Of a stretch of DNA of 64,000 nt, positions 12,901 through 23,884 are shown piece by piece. The stretch covers positions 28,954,001 to 29,018,000 of the forward strand of contig OZ281495.1 in NCBI GenBank assembly GCA_965637545.1. Direction: 5' to 3'. Below the pieces are notes generated by a model. The model saw only the letters and a list, made by a program, of their open reading frames with translations. It was not told the origin of the DNA and did not search any database. The translations under genes were made by a program, and so were the position numbers. Source of the DNA: Phallusia mammillata (Eukaryota). Each line of letters begins with the position of its first letter. Position 1 is the stretch's first letter.

Positions 12901-14411
12901 AACAAAGTTAAAGAGCAGATGCTTTTATTGTAACAAAAACAGGCGACCAAACTTTGGGTTGCGACCCATAGGTTGGGAAACACTGACCTATACTGCAGCC
13001 TTGTTGTTTTAAATTGTATATTATATCATTTGTCCAAGCAAGTGTGCGGCCCACTTGATTTTTAAATAGTCGGACCATGCTGAAAATGTAGGTGCTTGAA
13101 TAGTAATAAAGGTTTGAATAATTTGAACCACAGAAAAGAGGTGAAAGCAATGCAAGAAGCAGATGAAGATGCGACGCTCACACAACTTGCACAGGCGTGG
13201 TTTAATATTTCGGTTGGTGGGGAGAAGTTGCAAGATGCTTACTACATTTTTCAGGTGCATTAAATAATAAAAATATATTCAACTGTCAAAGGTAAATACC
13301 ATATGATTTGTTACAAAAACAGGCACCCTAGAAGAATTGTTAGGTGACCTAAGTTTAGAAAACACTGGCTGAAAGCATTTGTTCTTCATTGCTTGTGTTT
13401 TAACGATAACTCAAGTTGTCACCAGTGATGAAAGAGTTTTTTTAGTTGGTGTGTTGGACATTAAACTTATACACAAAACCAGTAAGATCCTATCGACCAG
13501 TAAAGTCATATCAGTGCAGTTGATAAAACTACATTTTAGTTCAACTTTCAATGGTATATTTTGATTTTAGGAAATGGCTGACAAAAATCAATCCAGCAGT
13601 TTGTTATTAAATGGACAAGCAGCTTGTTACATGGCGCAGGGAAAATGGGACGAGGCTGAAGGAGTGTTGCAGGAAGCAATGGACAAGGTAAATTAATAGA
13701 ATACAAAACCTCCACCAAAAACGATCTAAAAGTCAAGCGTTCATCTGGGTTTTAATGATAGTTTATCAGGGCTATTCTTTCCAAAACATTTTTATTTCCA
13801 AGCTTACATATCACATCAAAATCAGTTTTTAGCAAATTACTCTCTGTCTAGTTTCAAAACTCTTTGCAAATGTAAAATCACAAGATATCAAGACCGCTTA
13901 TTTAATCACTTTTTATTACAAGTAAAATAGCTGTGTTGGCCAAGGATTGCCACAGCCGACAGTTTAGAAACCATAGGCTCTGCATTGACACTGAGGTGGA
14001 TTTTAAAAATTAAAAAAGGTATATTTCTTTATTATACCTGGTACCAAGTTTTGTCACAAAGTACCTAACAATTTTAATTCTGTGATATATTGCAATGATT
14101 TTTTAAAGACCTAAAACAGATTGTGTCATTTGCTAACGTTACTCATATTGTGTTTACTATATTACAGGACAGCAACTGTGCCGAAACATTGATCAATATG
14201 ATTCTATTATCCCAACATCAAGGCAAGGCCCCTGAAGTGACAAACCGCTATATTTCACAGCTTAAGGATTCACACAACAGTCATCCCTTTGTGCGGGAAC
14301 TCGCCATCAAGGTACAGTGCTTTAAAATAAAGCTCCCTGACTAACCTTAACGCTTGTGCTTTACAGGAAAACGATTTTGACAGGCTTACGATGCAGTACG
14401 CCCCATCATAA
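9981..14411 (+). CDS. COPE: Coatomer subunit epsilon (297 aa); exons 9981-10076, 10553-10732, 11383-11519, 12434-12487, 13134-13254, 13571-13687, 14168-14311, 14367-14411
   Basis: Spliced 894-nt ORF, all GT-AG. Peptide blocks [95 protein letters not shown] and ENDFDRL.MQYAPS match epsilon-COP. Confidence 0.97.
11037..11078 (+). ncRNA. Minimal type I hammerhead ribozyme in COPE intron 2 (sense to COPE pre-mRNA)
   Basis: AUAAC CUGACGA U GACAA-uagcac-UUGUC GAAA C GUA GUUAU. Core CUGACGA 11042-48 and GAAA 11066-69; perfect 5-bp stem II and 5-bp stem I; ACGU stem III; predicted cleavage after GUA at 11073. Confidence 0.8.
11807..12391. mobile_element. hAT-type MITE in COPE intron 3
   Basis: TIR CAGGGGTGTCAAACTC / GAGTTTGACACCCCTG; perfect 8-bp TSD CCATACAG. 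Confidence 0.9.
12563..12985. mobile_element. hAT-type MITE in COPE intron 4
   Basis: TIR CAGTGGTTCCCAACC / GGTTGGGAAACACTG; perfect 8-bp TSD ACCTATAC. Confidence 0.9.
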
Positions 14412-14457
14412 AGTGCAATAGTGCTGTTGTTTGTGCAAAATGTATTTGTTGTATGTA

Positions 14458-14463
14458 AATAAA
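14458..14463 (+). terminator. Putative COPE polyadenylation signal AATAAA
   Basis: AATAAA 47 nt after the COPE stop codon; position only, no transcript evidence. Confidence 0.45.
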
Positions 14464-14800
14464 GTACCACATCGGGATTGTTGCAGTCATCTTTGAAAAG
14501 ATTCCACTTAAAATACGCCTGTTTGGGAGTCGGCATCAATTGATGATGTCATCTTAAGGTTCTACAGTTTTACAGTAAGTTGGGCTCGATTGAACTTTGG
14601 GCTTTTCGAATCCGTTTGGCGGAGTCGTATGTTGTTTGTGTGATCTGAAAGAGCAGGTGTCGAACATTTATTGGTTCTTGCTACATTTTTTGGATGTATA
14701 CCGGCTGTGGGTGAGTAAATCTGCATCAGCTACTTCTCAAGATCTTTGGATCGTTTTCCCGCGAATCGCGTGGATAAATTTGTGAATTATTGGCTTAACA

Positions 14801-15231
14801 CAGGGTTACACAACATTTTCGACATGACGGCCGCATCACAGACACGCCATTTGGTAACGGCCGCCAAGTGTCCCCATTTTTTGTTTATATTTTACTGATG
14901 TAAAGAAATAGGATCATCTTTTAACGTCCCGTCTGTTCAACTGAACGATTTTGCAATCATTCTAAAACTGTTTATGGGTCCACCTTTTATAGTTATACGT
15001 TGTTTGTTAGCCCGTTTATAACAATGGGCATACAAAAAGTCTAACGTACATAGCTACTGGGTTTGGTATATCATACGTTTTAATCCCAGTCCGTTTTGAG
15101 CAGTTTTTCAAAGCCACATGTCTAAGAAAAAAGTCTAGTACATGTGTTTTAATACACGCAGGTTCACGGCCGCATAAATTATTTTCCGCAGCCGCATGTG
15201 GCCTTATGGCCGCAGTTTGTGCAACCCTCTG
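14801..15231. mobile_element. Degenerate hAT-type MITE between COPE and GPCR copy 1
   Basis: Starts CAGGGTTACACAAC and ends TTGTGCAACCCTCTG; TSD degraded; GGCCGC-rich subtermini as in the 11807 element. Confidence 0.6.
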
Positions 15232-15270
15232 GCTTGAGTGATATACTGACTATACTATATGATTGTTGAG

Positions 15271-18200
15271 TTACTTATATTTACCGGTTACGCATGTTGA
15301 CTTACTTCTGCTGTTGTCACTTTCGCTCTTTCTACACATTCTGTAGAAAACTTTACGAACTGTTTGACGAAAAGTTCGGTCGAAAGCACTGTAGATCAGC
15401 ACGTTAAGAATCCTGCAACAAAAAAGTCATTTTTTTATTTCCCACTTTTTTGCGTATTCAGAAAAAAGGCTTAGCCTACATACGTTAATACTTACCCGTT
15501 GAGCGTGGATGTATGTACGGTGGCAAAAAACGGGGCGGATAAGTTGTCACATTTGAGATACTGAGCCATTAGAAGGAAATTGCCGATGACTATTGGAACT
15601 AAAATGACAAATAAGTTTGGCTGCTTTTCACCGTCCGTGAGTTTATAGTGCCATGTTTACGGCTAGTTGCTGTAACTACCGACAATGTTTTATTTTAGTG
15701 TTTAACCTAGTACAGTGGTTCCCAAACCGTGGGCCATGGCCCAGTACTAGCCCCCCAAGACATTTGTAATGGGCCACAGAGCCATTTGAACAGATTCTAC
15801 TGTTTTGTTATACTGTAGATCAGGGGTGTCCAAACTTTTTTTTAATGGTGGCCAATTTTTACCAAGTGAAGACGCCCGCGGGCCAACGTGTTTTTAGAAT
15901 TAGAACACAAATATACGGGATTTAAGAAATTGTGGAATTTTGTTGCGTCAGCACGATGTACACTTCCTTTTTACCGGGAAATACAGTTCCATGGAAGGCT
16001 TTTGCCTTATCCGGACGATGGCGGGCCATACGCAACACAATTTGAAAAAAAAAACAGCTGCGGGCCACTTGAAATGCCGCCGCGGGCCGCACTTTGGCCC
16101 GCGGGCCGCACTTTGGACACCCCTGCTGTAGATATTATGCGCTTTGTTTTGAAAAACATAATATTTTGCAAAGAATTCCGAATCTTGTAGCCAAATTTCA
16201 AGAGCATGTATCTCATTAAAATAAATTGGTAGAAACCATTTCGCCTGTTTTTGAGTTATTTTTTTGTTTGTCCCCAAATTTACAGCACATGGTGGACCAC
16301 GAATCGCTATTAAATAGACATTTGGGCCACAGACCAAAAAAGTTTGGGAACCCCTGACCTAGTACAAGGCAAAAACAAATGTTGCCTACCTACAGTAATG
16401 GTAAAACCAAGGTACATGGCACATGTCACTTTGATTAGTGAAGTTTCTTGATGTTCTGCTGATTCGACACGGTTAAGTCTTCTGGACTGTCGCAGTCTCT
16501 TTCGAGCGCTATAAGCTGTAGCAAACGTAAGACCGCTCTAAATAAATGTCGGAATTAATTCTACTGTATTGTTTGCTTAGACTTAGACTTTTGTAACAAC
16601 GTTAAACAAAACATCAACTTCGCAAATGACTTAACACAATAGGTACATGATCCCAGTATCATTCTTGGTATATGATTTCAGTACCATAACTGTTACAGCG
16701 GGAATTTGTGTGTCTTTTACGGGCTACTCTAAAATACGCAATCTACGCAATCTACGCAATCTACGCAATCTACGCAATCTACGCAATCTACGCAATCTAC
16801 GCAATCTACGCAATCTACGCAATCTACACAATCTACACGCAATCTACTAAAAAAAACTAACTAAGATGTTCACGGTTAGGGCTATTAAGGTCTGGGTGAG
16901 GGTATATAATAAAAATAACTTTATAATTTAATCTCAGATAAATTTTGGGCCTAATTTTCTTACAAGTGTTAACATGCGGTACCATACGGTGTTTAGTACC
17001 ACTCTCAACACATATGTGAATATTAAGCCCAAACTGGGCATCTAAAACTAAATTATAGTGTTATTTTTATTGCAAACCCTCACCCAGCCCTAAAAGCCCT
17101 AACCGTCAACATTTTTAAAAGTTACATACGTTTTATAAGTAGATTGCGTAGTTTGCGTAGATTGCGTAGATTGCGTATTTTAGAGGAGCCCGTCTTTTAC
17201 TGTTTCTAGTTCACGCCAGTGATCTAAAACTTCATTGACTGTGACGTAACAAAGCGCCTTCCATGATTGGTTAGAAATCCACATACGTAACAATGCGTAT
17301 GATATCATTAGTGGTGCAATCTTGTGCTGACTACGTTTTACCGATTCTTTCTGTGCTGTAAGCAGACTTTTGGCTAGTCGCAGTTTGTCGTTGATCCGAT
17401 TTAGTTTGGGCACATGTCCTAACATTAGTGTTATGTGCAGCCATATAAACATGAAAGTTATAGTCAACTTGAAGTGCTAAAACGTCCGTAAAAGTGTCTG
17501 AAATTAACCTGGATTCCTAACAAGCTGGTACGTAATTGATTGTGTCTAATTGTATTAGTTAACTGTCGTGATAACGTTTGTGTATGAGTTAAGACGTGAT
17601 AATGTTTTGTGTAAGAGAAAACGACTTCTTAAAGTGACATATTTCCTGCATAAGTTTATTGGTCATTTATGTGTATATTACTAGCCGATTGTGAGACCTT
17701 TCTGTTCGCTTTAACAGAGAACCAATGCTGTTGTGAAACCAAGAAGAAATTTGTACCATCAGGTAGGCAGCGTTCCGTTTAAAACAAATTAGGAAACCCC
17801 TAGTGCGGCGGGCGGTACAGTTTCAGGCTGCACAGATTTTTAAATAAATTTCGGTCAATACAATAACAATGCATACCTACCAGAGATAAACTTATTTTTT
17901 AATTGTGCCGTGATAAGTTTTGTTAATGTAATGTGTCATAACGAACCATTCAGTTAATAAAGTCCAGGCTATGGAGAACAAACTGTTTTAGCTGAAAGTT
18001 AAATTGTAAGATATTACCATCAATATGTAGGGAAGAACAACTAAAATGCTCAAAGCAATTGCATCGGACACAGAAAACTCATTTTCTCCAACGGTTGCCA
18101 TGAATTGAAACATCTCCGGTTTATATTGGATTTGAAAATATTCGGGTTTCCACACTAAAACACAGTAAAAATAGTTTAACAAAGTTGTGTCAGGGTTGTT

Positions 18201-20066
18201 TTGTTTTAAATGTCATACAATTATACTCTACGTAGGTCCTAAATATGATTTTAGTGGTCGCTAATATTTCATCAAGTTGTAGCCTAAACAACTTTTAAGA
18301 AAATACATTGTAAAAAGCCAATTTGGTAACTTACGCGCAAATGTTGAACCTACAATTACAACAGCCCAAAGAACTGCAAGATGCCTTAAAATCGTTGCGC
18401 ATGACTGATTTCGGTATCTGAATGGCGCGTAGATGGCACTGAAGCGTTGAGTACTCATGTAAAGCAAATGATAGAGAGATGAAATGTATGTAAACAAAAG
18501 AACGGTGCCCATTGCTTTTGCTACGTCACTCTGACGTAGATCGATGACGAGTTGGTTTAGCTCTTGAAAGGTTAGTTGAGGTGTGAGGACAATATAGGGG
18601 ACACACACTGAGAAGAGATGTAAAGCTGTAATAAAAAATGTCTGGTGAAAATATGGCATTCTGCTTTAACTTCCTTTGTTAAAGGTGTAAGGGCGCAGTA
18701 TACAAGGCCGGTGGCTTAATAGGGACCTTATTTCTTTTTTGAAGGTGTGTTTAGTAACTATTATACCGGTACCATCAAAAGTGTGTAAAAGTGTCTCACA
18801 TTTGATACATTTTCTAGTTCGGAGATTGTTCTTGAACAAACGGTAATTGTTTGGTTGCATACAGGATATTAGAAACAAGTTTTTTTTTAATTTTAGAGGG
18901 CACGGTCATAAACTTAGAAAATGTATAGCGCTGTTTTGTTGTCACAGTTTTTTTTTTTTTGTCAAAGCTTCTCAATTTTTTAAGTCGCAGTCGCACTTTA
19001 GGGTTAATTTAATAATACGTTATGCTAAACTAATGCTGAATTTGCATTAAAGCAAAGGTTGTCGTAACTCCCATTTGATAAGGTGCTTTACAGTTTTTAG
19101 AAGGCAAAAAATAGAGCATAACCTTGGTTTCACTCATTTTTTGTGGCTTGTGCCAGAATTTGGAATATTGCTTTACAAAATACAAGCAAACGTGTACGGG
19201 ACTACAATCAATGCCAAACTTTGCCTTTCGGCCTCTTTTGAGTACTGTAGGTGACCCAAAGCCACAGCGCAATAAATTTGGTAAAGATCAAATTGCTAAG
19301 TGGAATGTCATCATAATTTTTTTACATCTTTACGTTTCGCTATATTCGACGATTTCTTTACCTGTAAACATGTCTGCGATCGCAAGAGAAGTCTTTACAA
19401 GATCTTGTGTTTTCCGACTCCTGCTTTTCATTACGAAAACGGACGCAACCACCAGGATGTTCCCCAAAATAATAAACGTAGCCACAAGCAGGATGTACGT
19501 CAGTACTGCATCCGAACCTGCATTGCTGTGTACCAAATTAACATCATGTTTATGTACACTGACTTGACCCCAGATTTGAGTTTAGAAAAAACAATTGGGG
19601 GATTAATAAATAGATTGGTTAGTTGATTGTAATGTATCCTATGTATTATTACCTTTATTCAGAAAATCAAAAAAATCTTAATGTAAATTAAAAACTTTCA
19701 TTTCCAGATTTACCCCTAAAATCTCCTAATATAGGTCACCATTAAAGTCCATTAAGCAGAGCCACTGAATGTAATCTTATTCAAGAACACATTATAGTAA
19801 ATAAGGAAACTCTATTCTTTATTTATATCAGGTCGAGTTATGTTTCATTTTTCTAGTTTATATGTCTGTGTTCAGCATCCTTAATTACCTGGCATGGTTT
19901 TTACAATGTAGGCTTACTATATAGTTTGCGACGAAAAACCAACTTACCTGCATAGAGGACAATCTCTAATGGTTGTATTCCAACATTCCTCAATCGCCTC
20001 ATAGTCGCAATATGGGGGAATCCCGCAAAACGTGTGGTTAATTCTTGTTACATTTTCAGCTGTCAT
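15271..20066 (-). CDS. Orphan class A (rhodopsin-like) GPCR copy 1, 367 aa; exons 20066-19948, 19525-19362, 18625-18335, 18154-18018, 16537-16390, 15598-15496, 15412-15271
   Basis: 1104-nt spliced ORF with consistent phases and GT-AG junctions. Seven hydrophobic segments: TM1 GNILV, TM2 SLAIAD, TM3 QRF, TM4 VLW, TM5 VLPY, TM6 ITVVP, TM7 NVLIY followed by helix-8-like FDRTFRQTV. Confidence 0.88.
15713..16356. mobile_element. hAT-type MITE in GPCR1 intron 5 (host of a nested element)
   Basis: TIR CAGTGGTTCCCAAAC / GTTTGGGAACCCCTG; perfect TSD ACCTAGTA. The paralogous intron in copy 2 shows the empty site (ACCTACTA, ~22673). Confidence 0.9.
15821..16125. mobile_element. Nested hAT-type MITE
   Basis: TIR CAGGGGTGTCCAAA / TTTGGACACCCCTG; perfect 8-bp TSD CTGTAGAT; lies inside the 15713-16356 element. 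Confidence 0.9.
16721..17191. mobile_element. Foldback/Mutator-like non-autonomous element with 9-mer arrays in its TIRs
   Basis: Termini GGGCTACTCTAAAATACGCAATCTAC / GTAGATTGCGTATTTTAGAGGAGCCC; perfect 9-bp TSD GTCTTTTAC; inner inverted segments at about 16866-16905 and 17076-17112. Confidence 0.85.
16738..16847. repeat. (GCAATCTAC)n tandem repeat: 10 perfect units plus 2 variant units
   Basis: Direct reading of the sequence; about 4 inverted units at 17140-17177. Confidence 0.95.
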
Positions 20067-21834
20067 TATTTTGCAAATAATTTTATCTGTTTTTAAATTA
20101 TCATTTTGTTACACTCATACTACCCATGCCTATACGCATGATGGTGGGTTCTAACATACCTACACTATAATCACAAAGTTTGAGATTATTTTTGGTGAGA
20201 CGGTGTGGCAAATATACTTAGATTACCTAAATTCAGCCTCGTTTTGACAAAATAACTTCAAATAATTTAAAGCCATATTTTAAGATTTATTAAACAATAC
20301 TTTCTTACAATAAGAACAATAAGCAAAAAACACACAAGCTTAACCCTAATAATGTCTAATTTTGCTTGTAATATACCTTTCCTGCCCCTTAAATTCGTTT
20401 AGGCCAGCTTTACAAGCTAAATACTTGCAGTATCCTTTTCGTTGCTCCCCCATTTGTTGTGCCATATCACTTTTACATTCATGGGTTGACCGTGTTGGGT
20501 CGTTTCTTTAAATAATAAGTTTCCGGCCTCCCCTTGCCGTCTTCACGTCTGCATAAGTGATGTAACTCACGTTTTGCTTTGCACAAAAACTCAATAAACA
20601 AAGTATAACAAAGTCGAATACCTATACTTGCTCTATCAATTTTAAAAAGTAATAACCAAGATTTATATTGTTGAACGTTTTTTATTTAAAATCAAAATAT
20701 CGTATGATAGGCACCCACGTCTTAATTAGTTATAATAACCAATGTCATACAAAATCACATTTATACCGTATTTTTGCATGTTTTAAGAACGAATCCATGT
20801 ATAGCCATATACTCTTTTTTCTGTTAAAAATAAACTATAATATATTTGAAACTTCAAATAGAAACACTCAAACTAATACTTGGAAGGTATTGCACTGAAT
20901 TCGTTATTAACTCGTTTAAGCCTGTTCAAAAATTACGCGCACATATACCTAACTCATGCTAGCAGTTTCAGAATGCATGGTTGAAATAATAACAGAAGGC
21001 GATAATCGCCAAGTGAAATGAATTATTAATTCCCTAAAGTCGTGTAAGTGTATCTTTGATTGTAACTCGTCAGTCTCAATTTTGTTGTGTCATCGGTGAT
21101 CATTGTTGTCAGTTTTGATTGTTAACACATCTTTTTGCGGTTTTCTAAACATGACGATAGTGTTTTTAGAATCAAAACAAAGACATTGACATGTTAAATT
21201 TTTTCATACGTATTATCTGTATAGGTACTGTAGTGTTAAAAATACAAAACAGCAACCGACTATGAAAGTCACATGCTGGCCTTGTTCTGCTTCTGACACT
21301 TTTCCTATATAGTGGCTTAGCAAAGGCGCAATGGTATAACATTTATACTTCCTTTAATATGTCAAGCTTATTTTTCAACGGACTGCAACGCAGGTTTTAA
21401 GTGACCCACGTACTTTAGTGGAATTGTAAGCCAAACTCTTTATAAGTTGCATGTACAGCCAACGCTAAAAGGGATAAAATAGTCAGCCAAATAAGAAAGT
21501 TACGAAGACGATTTGAAAAAACTGGTAATTGGCAATCGGTTAGGCCTTATGAAAGAAGTTTGTCAAGAAAATTCAGTAGCTGTACAACAGTGTGGTATTA
21601 ATGTAGTTGGTTACACCACTTTTTTATAGTAGGCTATCCATAACCCCTGCTGCAACTGCCTGATCAAAGAACATTAACTCTGATAAAGTCATTTGCAACA
21701 TAGTCTGTGGAACCTTTTTGCTCACTAAGAAGGCAGGGTTCCAGATCAGGACCAAGTTTAAACACAAACTGTCTTACATCTTTAACATAAACATGTTGCT
21801 ACTCAGGTACACATGTTTGATCAATTGCGGATTA

Positions 21835-22135
21835 TTGAACTTAATTTTAAAAAGACTTCTATGCAGTACGCCTATCGCAGAGTCCAAAATTTCTGATGTT
21901 TGTGCAAAGTGTATTTGTTGTCTAAAAAGTACCACATCGAGATTGTCGCAGTCATCCTTCAAAATTTTCCACTTAAAATACGTTTGTTTGTGTGTCGTCA
22001 TCGATTGATGATGTCATATTAAAGTTCTACAATTTTACTGTAAGTTGGACTCGATTGAACTTTGGGCTTTTCGAACCAGTTTGGCGATGTAGTATGTTGT
22101 TTGTGTGATCTAAAAGAGCAAGATATAAAAAAATC
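21835..22135 (+). pseudogene. Decayed duplicate of COPE terminal exon + 3'UTR (unit 2)
   Basis: Colinear with ~14370-14690 (ATGCAGTACGCC, TTTGTGCAAA.TGTATTTGTTG, AAAGTACCACATCG, CCACTTAAAATACG, CTCGATTGAACTTTGGGCTTTTCGAA). Confidence 0.85.
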
Positions 22136-23044
22136 ATTTTTGTTTTTTAAGAGGTATACCGGGTATGGATTGGTAAATCTGTGTCTGGTCATTTATTTGA
22201 CAAGTTATCACTTTTGGTTGTCGCAGCGATACGAAATGGGAATGCTTGTTTGCTAAATTACATGTTGAATTTACTTCTGCTGTTTTTACTTTCGCCCTTT
22301 CCACACATTCCGTACAAAACTTTGCGAACTGTTTGACGAAAAGTTCGGTCAAAAGCACTGTAGATCAGCACGTTGAGAATCCTGCAACAAAAATTCATTT
22401 ATTATTTCCCACTTTTTATTGCAGAAGAGGAAATTAGATTTAGGTACGTTACTTACCTGTTGAGCGAGGATGTTTGTACGGTGGCAAAAAAGGCGGCGGA
22501 CAAGTTGTCACATTTGAGGTATTGAGCCATTTGAAGCAAATTGGTGATCACTATTGGAACTAAAGGTGAACATATTTGCCTGCTTTACACCATTCGTGCA
22601 AGTTTATCATGCAAGTTACTCGGCTACTAAGTTAGTTGGTATGTTCACCGACTATATGTTATTTTGCTGTTTGACCTACTACCAGACAAAACAAATGTTG
22701 CCTACCTACAGTAATGGTAAAACCAAGGTACATGGCACATGTCACTTTGATTAAAGAAGTTTCTTGGTTTTCTGCTGATTCAACACGTTTAAGTCTTCTG
22801 GACTGTCGTAGTCTCTTTCGAGCACTACATGCTGTAGCAAACGTAAGACCGCTCTAAATAAATGTCGGAATTAATTCTATTGTTTGCTGGGACTTTTGTA
22901 ACAACGTTAAACAAAACATCAAATTCCCAAATGACATATTTTGTGATGTCATGCTATCTATTTTGCCGTGATAAGTTTGGTTGATGAAATGTGCCATAAG
23001 TTTCTTGTATTTGCAACGATCCCGTGATTAATTCAGCTCTCTAC

Positions 23045-23358
23045 CAGTGGTTCTCAAACTGTGGCACGCGTACCGCTAGTATGGTACGTCGGAGCTTTTC
23101 AGGTGGTAGGTGATTAGCCTTCTGCGATACCTAATTTAAGTCCAATCTAAAATTGCAACTCATCTGATCAGCCCTGGCTCGGGTGAAATTCGTATTTTGA
23201 ACATAATTTTGAAATTGCTAAATAAGCTAGTCTGGTTGAGAAAATGGGCCTATTTATTGGACTATCCATTCAAACAGGGTTTAGGTCTTTTAAGTGGTAC
23301 GCAGCGATAGGAAAAGTTGTTAGCTGGTGCGCGACCTGGAAAAGATTAGGAACCGCTC
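23045..23358. mobile_element. Degenerate hAT-type MITE in GPCR2 intron 4
   Basis: Starts CAGTGGTTCTCAAAC and ends TTAGGAACCGCT; TSD only partly retained. Confidence 0.6.
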
Positions 23359-23372
23359 TACATGCTATATAC

Positions 23373-23884
23373 CAGGGATGGCGAACCTTTTTAGTTGAAT
23401 GGGTCAAACATGATATCGAAATTCGGAAAGAAAACGAAGTGGGTCACATATTTTATTACATGTCAATGTCAATGCTAAGATGCTTGTTGCTGCATCTTTT
23501 CTGCAAGTCTTGTAATCCTAGGTAGTTTTCAGTTTAACACACGCAGCACTCATATCTGAGCTGAGACGATTCCTGGCACTTGATTTTATGAAATTCATGT
23601 GTGAAAACAAAGATTCGCAGAAATATGTGGAACCAAACAGCGTCATCAAAGTTACAACAAATCGTTTCAAATTGTACGTGTAAATAAACATATTGTTGCC
23701 TCACAATTGACTCAACAATCTGTATTTTAAGACAATTATCAATCTGGCAAAGGGCCTAAAGTTAACTGTTGCGTTGCTTTTTAATCTTGGAGTCTGGTAA
23801 CCCTACAACTAGTAATCAGTAATCAGTTTTAAAACTACAAGTGGGTCACTTTGTGACCCGCGGGTCAGTGGTTCGCCATCCCTG
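23373..23884. mobile_element. hAT-type MITE in GPCR2 intron 4
   Basis: TIR CAGGGATGGCGAACC / GGTTCGCCATCCCTG; perfect 8-bp TSD CTATATAC. Confidence 0.9.

Noticed and set aside
16647-16850. ORF with (RNL)n repeats
   Set aside because: It is the translation of the 9-bp tandem array inside a foldback element in a GPCR intron; no coding evidence.
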